A stretch of 64,000 nucleotides of DNA from a bacterium (lineage in GTDB: Bacteria; Zhuqueibacterota; Zhuqueibacteria; Residuimicrobiales; Krinioviventaceae), in NCBI GenBank assembly GCA_963674595.2, contig CAXXFV010000008.1, positions 375,885 to 439,884 on the forward strand, read 5' to 3'. Numbering within the stretch: position 1 is the stretch's first letter; the number at the start of each line of letters is the position of its first letter. The position numbers and the translations under genes were made by a program. Below are positions 1 through 12,357 of the stretch, piece after piece. The notes under the pieces were generated by a model that saw only the letters and a program-made list of their open reading frames with translations, did not search any database and was not told where the DNA came from.

Positions 1-2
1 AA

Positions 3-1508
3 TTATGGCGTCGCTCCGGTGTAATGACTGATCTGGAAATTTATGAAATACGCTACAGCGGCAAAGTTGCCTCTTTTTTACGCGGCTTTCGTGCCATCTA
101 TTTAGGACTGTTTTTTAATGTTATGATCATGGGTACGGTTTCCCTGGCTGCCATTAAAATTGGGGCTGTTATGTTTGGTCTGGACAAGTATACGACCATC
201 ATACTTGCGTCCTTTGCCGTTGTTATCTATGCCACCCTGGGCGGGTTACGCGGTGTTATCTGGGCTGATTTTTTTCAGTTTGGTATTGCTATGTTGGGGT
301 CCATTGCTGCTGCTGTCGTTGCTTTAAAACAGCCGCAAATTGGCGGATTAAGCGGTTTGTTTACGAATGAAGCTTTGGCTGGTAAGCTCAATTTGCTGCC
401 GGATTTTACAGATACGAAAGTACTGTTACCTCTTTTTGTTATTCCCATAGCTGTTCAGTGGTGGAATGTATGGTACCCGGGCGCTGAACCCGGTGGCGGT
501 GGCTATATTGCCCAGCGAATGCTGTCGGCAAAAAATGAAAAGAATGCCATCGGTGCGACTCTTTTGTTCAATATTGCGCATTATGCCTTTCGTCCCTGGC
601 CGTGGATTATAGTTGCACTGTCATCAATAATTTTGTTTCCTCAACTTTCTGATATACACGCACAATTCCCCAATATTCCGGCACAATATCTAAAACATGA
701 TATTGCCTATCCGGTTATGATGACCATTTTACCCAAAGGTCTGTTCGGACTTGTTGTTGCTTCATTAATCGCTGCATACATGTCAACAATCGGAACCCAT
801 CTGAACTGGGGTTCGTCCTATGTTGTTAACGATTTTTATAAAAGATTTATAAAGCCGGATGCAACAGAGAAAGAACTTGTTGGTGTGGGTCGAATTTGTA
901 CGATTTTGCTTATGATTTTGGCGGCCATCGTTGCATTATGGCTGCAAAACGCCAAGCAGGCTTTTGATATTTTACTTCAAATAGGCGCCGGTACCGGTCT
1001 GATATTTATCCTGCGCTGGTTCTGGTGGCGAATTAATGGTTTTACGGAAATTTCAGCCATGATTGTTTCTTTTGTCATAGCATGTGTTTTTCAGTTTGCT
1101 GTTCCCGGTGTTAAGGAAGGGGCTGAACCGTTGTGGTGGCAGCAGTCTTATTGGCAGTTGTGTATAGGCATCGCCGGAACAACTTTGACCTGGCTGATAT
1201 TTACCTTTTTAACACGCCCGACAGATGAAAAGACACTGATCAAGTTTTTCAAGTTAACACGACCAGGCGGTCCGGGATGGAAAAAAATTAATGAAAAAAT
1301 TGTAGAACAGGGAGAACAGTCTGTTTCGCATCAATTACCGCTGGAAATTTTATGTATGGTCATTGGATGTTTTACTGTTTATGGAGCCCTGTTTGCCACC
1401 GGATTCTGGATTTATGCCAATTATCCGAGTGCCATCGTAGCATCGGTTATCGCTGCTTTGGGTGCTTTGTTCCTGTTTAAAGCGTGGGGTCATTTAAAGA
1501 CCCAGTAA
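3..1508 (+). CDS. Sodium:solute symporter (SSS family), 5' end lies upstream of the window
   Basis: Frame is open from base 3 (LWRRSGVMTDLE...). Multi-TM protein with SSS motifs GGLRGVIWADFFQ, YIAQRMLSAKNE and AAYMSTIGTHLNWGSSYVVNDFY. Confidence 0.85.
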   Translation, partial: LWRRSGVMTDLEIYEIRYSGKVASFLRGFRAIYLGLFFNVMIMGTVSLAAIKIGAVMFGLDKYTTIILASFAVVIYATLGGLRGVIWADFFQFGIAMLGSIAAAVVALKQPQIGGLSGLFTNEALAGKLNLLPDFTDTKVLLPLFVIPIAVQWWNVWYPGAEPGGGGYIAQRMLSAKNEKNAIGATLLFNIAHYAFRPWPWIIVALSSIILFPQLSDIHAQFPNIPAQYLKHDIAYPVMMTILPKGLFGLVVASLIAAYMSTIGTHLNWGSSYVVNDFYKRFIKPDATEKELVGVGRICTILLMILAAIVALWLQNAKQAFDILLQIGAGTGLIFILRWFWWRINGFTEISAMIVSFVIACVFQFAVPGVKEGAEPLWWQQSYWQLCIGIAGTTLTWLIFTFLTRPTDEKTLIKFFKLTRPGGPGWKKINEKIVEQGEQSVSHQLPLEILCMVIGCFTVYGALFATGFWIYANYPSAIVASVIAALGALFLFKAWGHLKTQ

Positions 1509-1561
1509 ATATTGTTTTTAATTTATATTATATGTAAATTAAATTAGAGTTGTTTACAGTT

Positions 1562-1615
1562 TTCTCATGAATTGAATCCGTTCCTTATAAAGAGATAGGA
1601 TTCAATTCATGAGAA
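1562..1615. repeat. Perfect 18-bp inverted repeat with an 18-nt spacer inside the IS left end
   Basis: ttctcatgaattgaatcc (1562-1579) and ggattcaattcatgagaa (1598-1615). Confidence 0.9.
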
Positions 1616-1674
1616 GCAAATTTAATGTTGTTTGCAATTTCGGGATTTCCTAATTTTTAATAAAAGGAGATCCT

Positions 1675-2483
1675 ATGGTAATTCATAAAAAGACCAGATT
1701 AACGCCGATTCAACGGGAAAAAGTTTGCACATTATATTTTTCCGAAAAAAGACGTGTTTGTGATTTAGCACGAGAGTTTCATGTCAGTCGACCTACAATT
1801 TATAAAATAATCCATAATGGCCGACAAAAAGATTATTCAATTCACAAGAGTGTAAACAAGCGTTTTCGCTGTTTAAAATACGGCATTAAACGTTTGGCTA
1901 AAATCGAAAAAAAACTTGAGGACAAGCTAAAACGTCAGGCCAAACGATATAATAAAGACTATCCAGGACAAATGATACATGGTGACACTAAAAAACTTCC
2001 CTTAATTAAGGGGGGGAATCTCCTTTTGAACGAACGGAATACCTGTTTGTGGCCATTGATGACTTTTCCAGAGAACTGTATGCTGCTATTTTACCTGATA
2101 AAACCCAATATTCAGCTAAAAAGTTTTTGGAGCAAGTCGTGGATGAATGTCCATATACAATAGAACAATTTTATACTGATAATGGCCGAGAGTACCGAGG
2201 TGATCCGAATAATCATAAGTTTATGAAGTTGTGCAAAGAACATGGTATTGAACAAAAATTTACCAAAGTTAAAAGGCCACAAACAAATGGCAAAGCTGAA
2301 AGAGTTATACGAACTCTTGTCGAGCTTTGGCATAATAAAACTGTTTTTAAATCATCAGCCCATCGTAAAAATGAGCTAAAAAGATTTGTCAATTATTACA
2401 ACGGAGTAAGACCTCATAAAGGCATTGATGGACTAACTCCTGAAGAAAAACTAATTCAATATTTTTATCCCGATATTTTGTAA
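1675..2483 (+). CDS. IS481-family DDE transposase, split by a frameshift at the G7 run (2010-2016)
   Basis: N-terminal HTH (DLAREFHVSRPTIYK) and PGQMIHGDTK. The second frame continues ESPFERTEYLFVAIDDFSR...YTDNGREY...RPQTNGKAER...YYNGVRPH (rve integrase core). SD aaggag before ATG 1675. Confidence 0.85.
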
Positions 2484-2596
2484 ACAACGCTTGCTTTTCT
2501 TACATATTATACAATAAAAATCCTGTAATTTCGTTTTATTTAATAGAGAGGAATTAAATCAATGAAATAAATCTGACCAATTTTAGGAATGAAAAA

Positions 2597-3232
2597 ATGC
2601 CAAAAAGAATACCCCATAGTGATAATAAAGTAATATCCGGTGAAAAAACAACCCGGAATTACCTGGAAATGCAGAAAAAATTCGGCAAGTTTTATTTTAA
2701 GGATTTTTTGGCAAAATTTGATAAACTTTCTAAAGGCGGCAGATTTTTAGAGATTGGACCCGGTCCCGGGTATCAAACTGCTGTGATAGCAGAAAGATAC
2801 AAACCTGATGAAATTACAGGATTGGAATATTCAACGGACATGATAAATGTTGCAGAAGAGTATATCCTTAAAAAAGGAATGTATAATAAAGTTAAATTTA
2901 TAAACGGAGCGGTTGAAAACACCCAACTTATAAAAAGACTCGGTAAATTTGATGTTGTATATTCAACATTTTCATTACATCATTGGACTGATCCTTTATT
3001 AGGCATTCAAAATCTTTTCAATTGTTTGAATGAAAAAGGTGTGTTATACCTTTATGATTTTCACAGAGGTGGAATTTTTTATTATTTAAAGATCAAACGG
3101 GGTGTTTGGGAGTCGATAAGAGCATCATATACAATTGAAGAAATTGAAAATATATTAAAAAAATTGAATATTCAGTCTTATGAATTGGAAAGAAAAGGTT
3201 TGTATAAAAGTTGTATCGTAAAAAGATCATGA
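2597..3232 (+). CDS. Class I SAM-dependent methyltransferase
   Basis: Motif I FLEIGPGPG, then GLEYSTDMI and FDVVYSTFSLHHW. Confidence 0.85.
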   Translation: MPKRIPHSDNKVISGEKTTRNYLEMQKKFGKFYFKDFLAKFDKLSKGGRFLEIGPGPGYQTAVIAERYKPDEITGLEYSTDMINVAEEYILKKGMYNKVKFINGAVENTQLIKRLGKFDVVYSTFSLHHWTDPLLGIQNLFNCLNEKGVLYLYDFHRGGIFYYLKIKRGVWESIRASYTIEEIENILKKLNIQSYELERKGLYKSCIVKRS

Positions 3233-3389
3233 TTTAGGCTTACAGATATTAAAGCCGGACTTTTTCATTTCACTCATTATATAAAAATTAAAAGCGACGG
3301 GTATTGGTTTAAGAAAAGTTGTTGATATAAATTTGAATTATAATAATCCGATTTTTTTGAACCGGTTTAATTATTGTTAGGAGTTTATT

Positions 3390-5433
3390 ATGCGAAAATA
3401 TCTTTTATTGATAATGTTTCTATTCTCTTCGGGTGTATTTGCCGAATCATTTGTAGAATATGTTGATCCGTTTATTGCAACGGCCGGTGATCATGGTCAA
3501 TTGGACCCCTCGGCAAATGTGCCTTTTGGTTATGTCAAACTCGGACCGGATACGGACCCGATAAACCATAGCGGCTATGATTATAATGCGAAAAAGATAT
3601 GGGGTTTTTCCATTAACAGAACAATAGGGACCGGTTGTGCAGGTGCCGGCGGTAACATACGCTTAAAACCATTTGTCGGTTCACCGTCTATAAAAAGTGA
3701 AGGATTTATAAAGAACAGTGAAAAGGCCGCACCGGGGTATTATCGTGTGACCATGGATTCTCAAATTGATGTGGAATTAACAACAACAAACCAGGTCGGA
3801 TGGCATCGCTATACCTATCCGGTAAAGACGGATGCCGGGGTGTTGATCGATCTGACCGCCTCATTTGAGGAATTGCTTTCCTATGAATATCATATTGTAA
3901 ACGCAAACGAAATTAACGGTAAAATTCAGGCTGAAAACGTTTGCAGTAAAGGAATTTATACGATTTATTTTAATATTTATTGCGACCATGAGTTTAATAA
4001 TTTAAAAAATAAAGACGGCAAACTGATTTCATTCTTTCAAATGGATGATAATCCGGTAGTCAACATTCAGGTAACAGTCTCTTCAATTAGTCCGGAACAG
4101 GCAGCAAAGGACCGGAATAGGGAAATTGCTGCAAAAACCTTTAAGCAGGTAAAAACGGATGCTGAAAAAGCCTGGGATAAAATACTGGGCCGGGTTAAGG
4201 TTTTTGGTAATAAAGAGTATAAAAAACTATTTTATACTTGTTTGTTTCGCATTTATCAAACACCGGTTAACACAACAAGTCCTTTCGGAAAATACCGTGG
4301 AACAGACGGAGAAATATACGATGCAGAGGGCTATGTCCATTATGACTCCTGGTCAATTTGGGATACTTTTCGTACGAAATTTCCGCTTATTTCATTGCTG
4401 GAACCGGAGTACATGAGGGATTTTTTGTTTATCTCTGCTGGATTTGTATCGTACCGGTAAATATGCCTGGGCCGGGCCCTTTGAAACGGCTCCTACCGTC
4501 AGGACCGAGCATGCTGAAATAGTTCTGCTGGATGCTTATCAAAAAGGCATACCGTTTGATCTTGATAAGGTTTATGACTATGCTGTTCTGGAATCCGACA
4601 ATCTGCCCTGGGTATCACCGGATAACAAGCTGGAAAGCGCCTATGATTACTGGGCCTTATCGCAAATGGCTGAAATTTTGGGCAGAAAGGATGATGCTGA
4701 TTATTATACCAGTCGTGCTCAGGAATATCGAAAAATATGGAATGAAAAATTTAAAACAATGGGCGAAAAATCCGATATTATGCATGGTGACGGATTGTAT
4801 GAAGGGACCCTGTGGCAATACCGGTGGTTTGTTCCCTATGACGTTCCCGGCATCATCTCTCTGGTTGGGGGAAAACAACAATTTTTAACAGAGCTGGAAT
4901 ATTTTTTTGATAACCATTTATATAATCACGGCAATCAACCTGATATTCAGGCGCCATACATGTTTAATGCCGCCGGTGCACCCTGGTTGACACAAAAATG
5001 GGTAAATGCTATTTTAACAAAAGAGATGCCCAATTATTATGGTACCCATGAAAAATGGGAAAAGCCCTATGTAAACCGCATTTATAAAGCCGAACCTGCC
5101 GGTTTTATACCGGAAATGGATGATGATGATGGCACCATGTCCGCCTGGTATGTTTGCAGCGCCATGGGTTTGTACCCATTATGTGTGGGAAAACCTGAAT
5201 ATCAAATATCAACACCGATTTTTGAAAAAATAGAGATCAATTTAGCGAATGGTAACACTTTTGTGATTGAGAGCAAGAACTTTTCAGATAAAAATATTTA
5301 TATTCAAAAAGCTTTATTAAATGATAAAGAATATAATAACTCTGCTCTTTTACATAAAGATATTTTAAAAGGTGGTAAGTTATTGCTTGAATGTAGTGAA
5401 ACGCCAAACAAAGCATGGGGAACCGGCAAGTAA
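3390..5433 (+). CDS. GH92 family glycoside hydrolase (alpha-1,2-mannosidase-like), secreted, frameshifted at the T6 run 4421-4426
   Basis: Signal peptide, YVDPFIAT, WSIWDTFRT, YEGTLWQYRWFVPYD, YNHGNQPD, DDDDGTMSAWYVCSAMGLYP. Removing one T joins ORFs 3390-4460 and 4444-5433 (MRDFCLSLLDLYRTGK). Confidence 0.85.
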
Positions 5434-5455
5434 TACTTTCCATTAAATGAATTTT

Positions 5456-5487
5456 ATAGTGCCTGGTTTTAGAACATTAGGCACTAT
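5456..5487. terminator. Hairpin after the GH92 gene, probable terminator
   Basis: atagtgcct...aggcactat inverted repeat in AT-rich context. Confidence 0.5.
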
Positions 5488-5514
5488 TAAATTTGTTCTT
5501 TATATATAATTCAT

Positions 5515-5543
5515 TTGCATTTTTTAGAATTATTTTCTATTAT
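5515..5543 (+). promoter_or_regulatory. Putative sigma70 promoter for LamG protein copy 1
   Basis: TTGCAT-17 nt-TATTAT. Confidence 0.45.
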
Positions 5544-5828
5544 TCTATGTTAATGCAATGTAATAATAGCATAACGACTTGGGATAAGCCTGTTAATTGG
5601 GCGTTCAAGCCGTGTGGATGTGGTAGTGGAGTTGACGTGGCCCGGCAGTGATTATAGCATTTGATTTTTGCAGCAGTCTGGGGATGATGACTAGAATCTT
5701 CTAAAGGAAATAACAAAGGTATTGATTATGTTTATGTCATCAGTAGAAGGAGGTGCTTGGAATCCAATTTATAAAATGACTATAGTCTTAATTTTAAAAA
5801 CATTTTATTACCAAAGACGGGAGCAAGT

Positions 5829-8800
5829 ATGAAAAAAATACTTTATATATTATTCGCATTGTTTTCGATTGTATCTTTTGTTTATGCTGCGGGAGATGCA
5901 GGAAATGCCGTTGAATTTAATCCGGCTGAAAACGATGTTATTAGGGTTGCAGGCCACAGTGAATTTAACAATTTGAATGATCAATATACTATAGAATTTT
6001 GGGTAAAATGCAGCGATTTCAGCATTGACCGACGAATTATATACAGCGAAAATGCTTTGGATATTTTTGTTCAAACAACCGGTCAAATACAGTTTGCATC
6101 TAAAAGCGGTACAGGCGTATCCGTATCAAGTGATTCATCTCTGGTCGCCGACAGGTGGTACCATGTCGCTATTGTATGCGATGATGAAGATGTCACCATT
6201 TATCTTGACGGTGTAGCCAATGGAACCGATACCAGTGCAGATTATGAATTACCTGATTTTGATACATTTTATATCGGGAACAATTCTGTAGGAGACAGCG
6301 GTCTTGACGGTAGTTTGGATGACATAAGATTTTGGACAGTTAACCGAACCGCACAGCAAATTAGTGACAGCCTTGGTATGCCGCTGCCGGTACCGAATAC
6401 CGACTTGTTATGTTACTATGAATTTGAGGGTTTAACACAAGCGGTTGTTGATTCCAGTGGAAATGATTTGCATGGCGTTTTGGGAACCGATGCCACCGTC
6501 CAGGTTGTGGACCCGACACGTGTTGAATCTTTTGCCAAAATAGGGTGGCAGCTTGTTACACCAAATTTGGGACCGTTAAATGCAGGTGATCCATTAATTG
6601 TAACCTGGGTTGCCGACGGGAAACTGCCGAATGTGCATTTGTTAATGTCTTTTGATGCGGGTGTAACATGGGATTATTTGGCCTTTAATACACCAAACAT
6701 TGGAATATACTCGACCTTTGTTCCGGGTATCGCGACCAATCAAGCGTTATTTAAAGTAATGGACCCGGCTGATGACACTATGTTTGATGTCAGTGACAAT
6801 TTGATTACGATAAACATACCTGTAACAGCCTGGAACCATGAATTAATTGTTGAGGCAGAAGATGGTGATATACATTATCACATGAAAAAAGGTGTTGAAG
6901 GTTTGGCCTTTAACAGCGGTTTTATTTATACAAATGCTAATGATGCCGGATATGCAGATATTGAAGTTGATGTTCCCGCTCCCGGAGGTCTTTATGTTAT
7001 ATGGGGACGTGTCTATTCCGAAGGTGGAACACAAAACTCTTTCTTTGTCTCGGTTGATGGTAGCCCTGATTATATATGGGACCTGAATAAAAATTCGCAG
7101 TGGAACGGAGAATATCTAACCCACAGAGGGAACGCCTTACCTCCGTTTAATGCCGATATTGATCCGCTCTATTTTACTTTTACTCCCGGAATTCATACCA
7201 TACGGGTAAAAGGACGTGAAAATTTTGCCAAGCTGGACAGATTCATTATTACAAATGATTTGTCTAAAACATACTATCGGACTGCCCCGGCAAAATGGAT
7301 CAATTTGACATCACCGGCTGATCGTGATAGTGTTATAAAAGGTGAACCCTGGGAAATAACCTGGGAAACAAGCAGTGCAACCGGTAATGTTGTTCTGTTA
7401 CTTTCCTATGACAAGGGAGTAACCTTTCCGGTAACGATTAGTGCAGAGACCCCTAACGACGGATCATATATCTGGGATGTCCCTTTTGTCGATCCCTCTG
7501 AAGCCACCGTTCGAATTTATAAAAAGAACGGCGATTCAAAACCTGCGGACCAAAATTTTAGAAAATTTTTCTTAATTGATCCTCCTGAAAGAGTTATTGT
7601 TGAATCTCCAAACGGCGGTGAACAGTGGCAGGCCCTGTCTCAGCAAACCGTTGCCTGGGATTCAAAGACTTTTACCGGATTGGTCAATGTAGAATTTTCA
7701 CCGGATAGCGGCGCCACCTGGCAAACCATTGCCACCAACCAACCTGATTCCGGTTCGTTTAGCTGGCTGGTTCCTGATACACCGACAGAACTTGGCTTGA
7801 TTCGTGTTGCTGATGTTACTGATGGTAATCCGGTAGACGTGAGTGACAGCCTTTTTACCATTTTAGCTGTTCCTGAAGTGGAAGATTATGCTTTGCAGTT
7901 TGACGGACTGAATGATTTTGCAGAAGTGTTGAACCATCCGAGTTTAGTGCTTGTGGATTCCTTTGCCATTGAGTTTTGGTTTAAAACACCTTCACCAATC
8001 CAGGGCTGGACGCGTATTATGGAAAAGGGCGCCTGGGATGAGTATTATATCGGTTTTTATGGCACTTTACCCAAAGTTTACGGTGGTTTGCGTGTCTTTG
8101 AAAACAATGCGAACCGTATCTCAACAAAGATCGGTCCGTCTTTGACACAAATTGCAGCATCCGAATGGTATCATATGGCCGTGACCTATAACGGCACGAC
8201 AGTATGTACCTATATTAACGGTCTTTTAGAAACAGAAAAAGATGCTGTTGTTGAGCCGAGAAAAACAACAGGTGATCTGGTTATCGGCGCTGTAAAGCAG
8301 GCCGGTGTTTACGGCAGTTTTTTTCAACGGAACCCTGGACGAGTTGAAAATCTGGAATTGTAACCGCAGTTCAGCGCAGGTTGCAGCCGATATGTATACC
8401 GTGTTAACCGGAGCTGAGGCAAACCTGGCAGCTTATTATAATTTCAACGAAGGTGCGGGTCAGGTAGCTGCTGATTTATCACCAAACAGCAATCACATGA
8501 GGTTAGGTTTAACAAACGCTGCGGAAGATTCAGACCCGACGTGGGTAGAATGTGATCACCCAACAGCACCGGCTGCTCCTGCCGCTCCTGCTGTATTAGC
8601 TAAAGATTCGCCGGACTTGACAGCGGTTCCTATGGAATTCAATTTGGAACAAAATTATCCGAACCCGTTTAATCCGACAACAACGATTTCTTATACATTG
8701 GAAGAAGAAAACTATACAAGTCTTGTTGTTTTTGATATTCAAGGCCGACAAATAGCAACCCTGGTAAATGATATACGCGCTGCGGGCAGCCATTCCGTCG

Positions 8801-8895
8801 TATGGAATGCGGCAAATACAGCCAGTGGTGTATATTTTTATAAACTACAGGCCGGTAATAAAACCCAAATCCGCCGAATGCTTCTTTTGAAATAG
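5829..8895 (+). CDS. Secreted LamG-like / Ig-like / CBM-like multidomain protein with T9SS-type-A C-terminal sorting domain (copy 1), frameshifted at T7 8318-8324
   Basis: Signal peptide. Two LamG-like domains (YTIEFWVK...WYHVAIV...LDDIRFW and FAIEFWF...WYHMAVTY...LDELKIW), Ig-like PNGGE-W repeats, a CBM-like EAEDG module and a C-terminal LEQNYPNPFNP. The paralog has 6 T at the equivalent site (11726-11731). Confidence 0.8.
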
Positions 8896-8915
8896 TTATA
8901 CTTATATGTTTTAAT

Positions 8916-8949
8916 AAAGCCGTGCACAATTCTGTGTATGGCTTTTTTT
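8916..8949 (+). terminator. Rho-independent terminator
   Basis: aaagccgtgcaca-attc-tgtgtatggcttttttt stem plus T tract. Confidence 0.8.
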
Positions 8950-9230
8950 ATTTACGGTTTGTATTTAATCTGTGTATCCTTAAAAATTTGATTCATATTT
9001 TTAATTCTTAAACACAGTGAAAGCACATCTTGCTATTGGGGTAACATATCTTAACATGATAAGTTGTCAGGATTTTACTGACAAATTTTCCATTTTTGTA
9101 TTGCTATTTCAAAATTACGTTCATATCTTAATAATATATATTTCGCAAAAATAGTCATTTTGAACGCAATATTTTTTCCAATTTAGACAAATTATCTGTT
9201 TAGGTTTTTTTAAAATAGTTGGGAGATGAA

Positions 9231-12200
9231 ATGAAAAAAGCACAACTGACTATCCTCATCCTTTTTTTTGCTACAACCATTGTTTTTGGTTATGGTGATG
9301 CAGGAAAAGCACTCGATTTTCGCAGACTTCAAAAAAAATGTTGTAACAATAGCCGGGCATACTGAGTTTAATGATTTGAACAATCATTACACAATTGAAT
9401 TTTGGGTAAGACGGTCCTTACTAGCCTTTCAAAGTCGTGTTTTGTTCAGTGACAGCGCCCTGGATATTTATTTTTTGGCAAACGGGCATTTGGTTTTTGC
9501 TTCAAATACCGGGGCCGGTGCTTCCCTAACCAGTAACTCTGTTTTGACGATTGATTCCTGGCACCATGTCGCGATTGTTTGTGACGGCTCTAATGTTACC
9601 ATCTATCTGGATGGGGCGGTTGACGGAACAGATTCTGATCCTAATTATGAATTGCCGGATTTTGATACGTTTTATATTGGTAACAATTCTGCCGGAAATG
9701 CAGGATTCGCCGGTGAATTGGATGAGGTGAGAATTTGGACAACAAGCCGAAGTGCCGCACAAATAGCTGATAATCTGGACACTCCCGTTCCAGTCCCTGC
9801 CACTGGTTTACTGGGGCATTACAAGTTTGACGGGATTGGACAGACTGTAACCGATTCAAGCGGTAATGGGTTGAACGGTGTGTTGGGTACCACGGCATTT
9901 GTACAAATTAAGGATCCCACACGGATTGATTCCTTTGCAAAAATGGGTTGGGAACTGGTTAGCCCTAATGGAGGATTTTTAAAAATAGGTTTACCGTTTA
10001 CTATAACCTGGGTCGCCAGCGGAAAATTAACAAAAGTAAATTTGTTAATGTCTTTTGACGGTGGCACAACCTGGAAAATTCTTGCCTATAAAAATACCCA
10101 ATGATGGTCTCTATTTAACCTATGTTCCGGGTTTTGTAACAAACCAGGCATTGTTTAAGGTGATGGACCCGGATGACGATACCGCTTTCGATGCCAGTGA
10201 TAATTTTATTGATATAAGTGGTTTGGCCTGGGATTGGGCCAAAGAACTGATTTATGAAGCGGAAGACGGTGATATTCAATACCACATGAAAGCAGGTGTA
10301 GAAGGAACGGCCTTTAATAGTGGTTTTATTTATTCGAATAAAGATAATGACGGCTATGCGGATTATCGGGTATGGATTCCGAGTATTGGTGGTCTTTATG
10401 TCATTTGGGGCCGTGTTTATTCTGAAGGCAAAAGACAAAATTCATTTTATGTTTCTGTCGACGGCAGCCAGGATTATCTCATGGATTTGAATAAAAATTC
10501 GCAGTGGAACGGGGAGTACGTTACCAACAGAGGGAATGCTCTGCCCCCATACCAGGCGGAACTTGATCCCATATTTTTTCGTCTCACACCGGGATGCCAT
10601 AATATACGCGTGAAAGCTCGGGAACATTTTGCCAAGTTGGACAGACTCATTTTGACAAATGATTTATCTCAAACATATTACGAAACAGCCCCTGAAAAAT
10701 GGATCAATTTGACATCACCGGCTGACCGTGACAGCGTTATAAAAGGTGAGCCATGGGAGATAACCTGGGAAACAAGCAGCGCTACCGGTCATGTTGTTAT
10801 CCAGCTTTCCTATGATAAGGGAGAAACCTTTCCGGTAACAATTACGGATGAAACCGAAAATGACGGTTCTTTTATGTGGGATGTACCATACGTCGATGCT
10901 GAAGAGGGAATAATCCGAATTATTAAAAAGAACAGCGATTCAAAACCCATGGACCAGAATTTCCGCTCTTTTCTTTTTATTGATCCGCCTGAAAGGATTA
11001 TTGTTGAATCTCCCAACGGCGGTGAAGAGTGGCAGGCCCTTACACAGCAAACCGTTGCCTGGGATTCAAAGACTTTTACCGGATTGGTCAATGTAGAATT
11101 TTCTCCGGACAGCGGCGCCACATGGGAAACCATTGCCACCGACCAACCGGATTCCGGCTCGTTTAACTGGCTGGTTCCTGATAACCCGACAGACCGTGCT
11201 TTGGTTCGCATTGCTGATGCTGCTGATGGTGTTCCCGTGGACTTGAGTGACAGTTTGTTTACCATTTTTCCGGTGCCGGAAGTACAGGATTATGCCCCTG
11301 CAGTTTGACGGACTGAATGATTTTGCAAAAGTGCTGAATCATCCGAGTTTGGTGCTTGTGGATTCCTTTGCCATTGAGTTTTGGTTTAACACACCTTCAC
11401 CAATCCAGGGATGGACACGTATTTTGGAAAAGGGCGCCTGGGACGAGTATTATCTCGGTTTTTATGGCTCTTTGCCCAAAGTTTACGGCGGTCTTCGTGT
11501 TTTGGACGAAAACGATGTGAACCGTATTTCAACAAAGATCGGCCCGTCTTTAACAGATATTACGGCATCCGAATGGTATCACATGGCCGTGACCTACGAC
11601 GGTACGACTGTACGGACTTTTATAAACGGAATTTTAGAAACTGCAAATGACGCCAACGTTGATCCCAGAAAGACAACCGGGGACCTGGTTATCGGCGCTG
11701 TAAAACAGTCCGGTGTTTACGGCAGTTTTTTCAACGGAACTCTGGATGAGTTGAAAATCTGGAATTGTAATCGCAGTTCAGCGCAGGTTGCAGTGGATAT
11801 GTATGCGCTGTTAACAGGAGCGGAGGCAAACCTGGCTGCTTATTATAATTTTAACGAAGGTGCGGGTCAGGTAGCTGCTGATTTATCACCAAATGGTAAT
11901 GACATGCGATTAGGTTTAACGGACGGTGTAGAAGATTCGGACCCGACCTGGGTTGAATGTGACCACCCAACAGCGCCGGCTGCTCCTGCCGCTCCTGCTT
12001 TTTTGGCAAAAGATTCGCCGGATATATTAGCCGCTCCTATGGAATTTAGTTTGGCACAAAACTATCCGAACCCGTTTAATCCGTCAACAACAATTTCTTT
12101 TACTCTGGAAGAAGAAAACTATACAAGTCTTGTTATCTTTGATATCCAAGGAAGACAGGTAGCAACTTTAGTGAATGAAATACGCTCTGCGGGCAGCCAT

Positions 12201-12302
12201 TCCGTTATCTGGAATGCGGCGAATATAACCAGTGGTGTTTATTTTTATAAACTTGAGGCAGGACCTGACATACAGATTCGCCGAATGCTTCTTTTGAAAT
12301 AG
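9231..12302 (+). CDS. Tandem paralog (copy 2) of the LamG/CBM/T9SS-CTD protein, split by three +1 homopolymer frameshifts (~9317-9338, 10090-10094, 11295-11298)
   Basis: ATG 9231 after gggag gives signal peptide MKKAQLTILILFFATTIVFG. ORFs 9268-10104, 10055-11308 and 11247-12302 align colinearly with copy 1 and end RRMLLLK. Confidence 0.8.
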
Positions 12303-12321
12303 TTGTATTTGAATATTTTAT

Positions 12322-12357
12322 AAAAGCCGTATACAAAACTGTGTACGGCTTTTTTTT
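12322..12357 (+). terminator. Rho-independent terminator, homologous to the one after copy 1
   Basis: aaaagccgtataca-aaac-tgtgtacggctttttttt. Confidence 0.85.

Larger units (their letters stand above)
1533..2504 (+). mobile_element. IS481-family insertion sequence (972 bp) with imperfect 26-bp terminal inverted repeats and a 7-bp target duplication
   Basis: Left end tgtaaattaaattagagttgtttaca (1533-1558). Right end reverse complement is tgtaagaaaagcaagcgttgtttaca (2479-2504). TGT...ACA termini. Identical flanks tattata at 1526-1532 and 2505-2511. Confidence 0.85.

Noticed and set aside
5574-5650. Weak resemblance to a c-di-GMP-II riboswitch (TGGGC...TGGA...GTAGTG)
   Set aside because: The pseudoknot-forming GCAC/GTGC pairing and the flanking stems are not present, so it is kept only as an unassigned leader.
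5829-12302. Near-identical repeats between the paralogs as a DGR template/variable repeat pair
   Set aside because: There is no reverse transcriptase in the window, the differences are not adenine-specific, and both copies are full coding genes.
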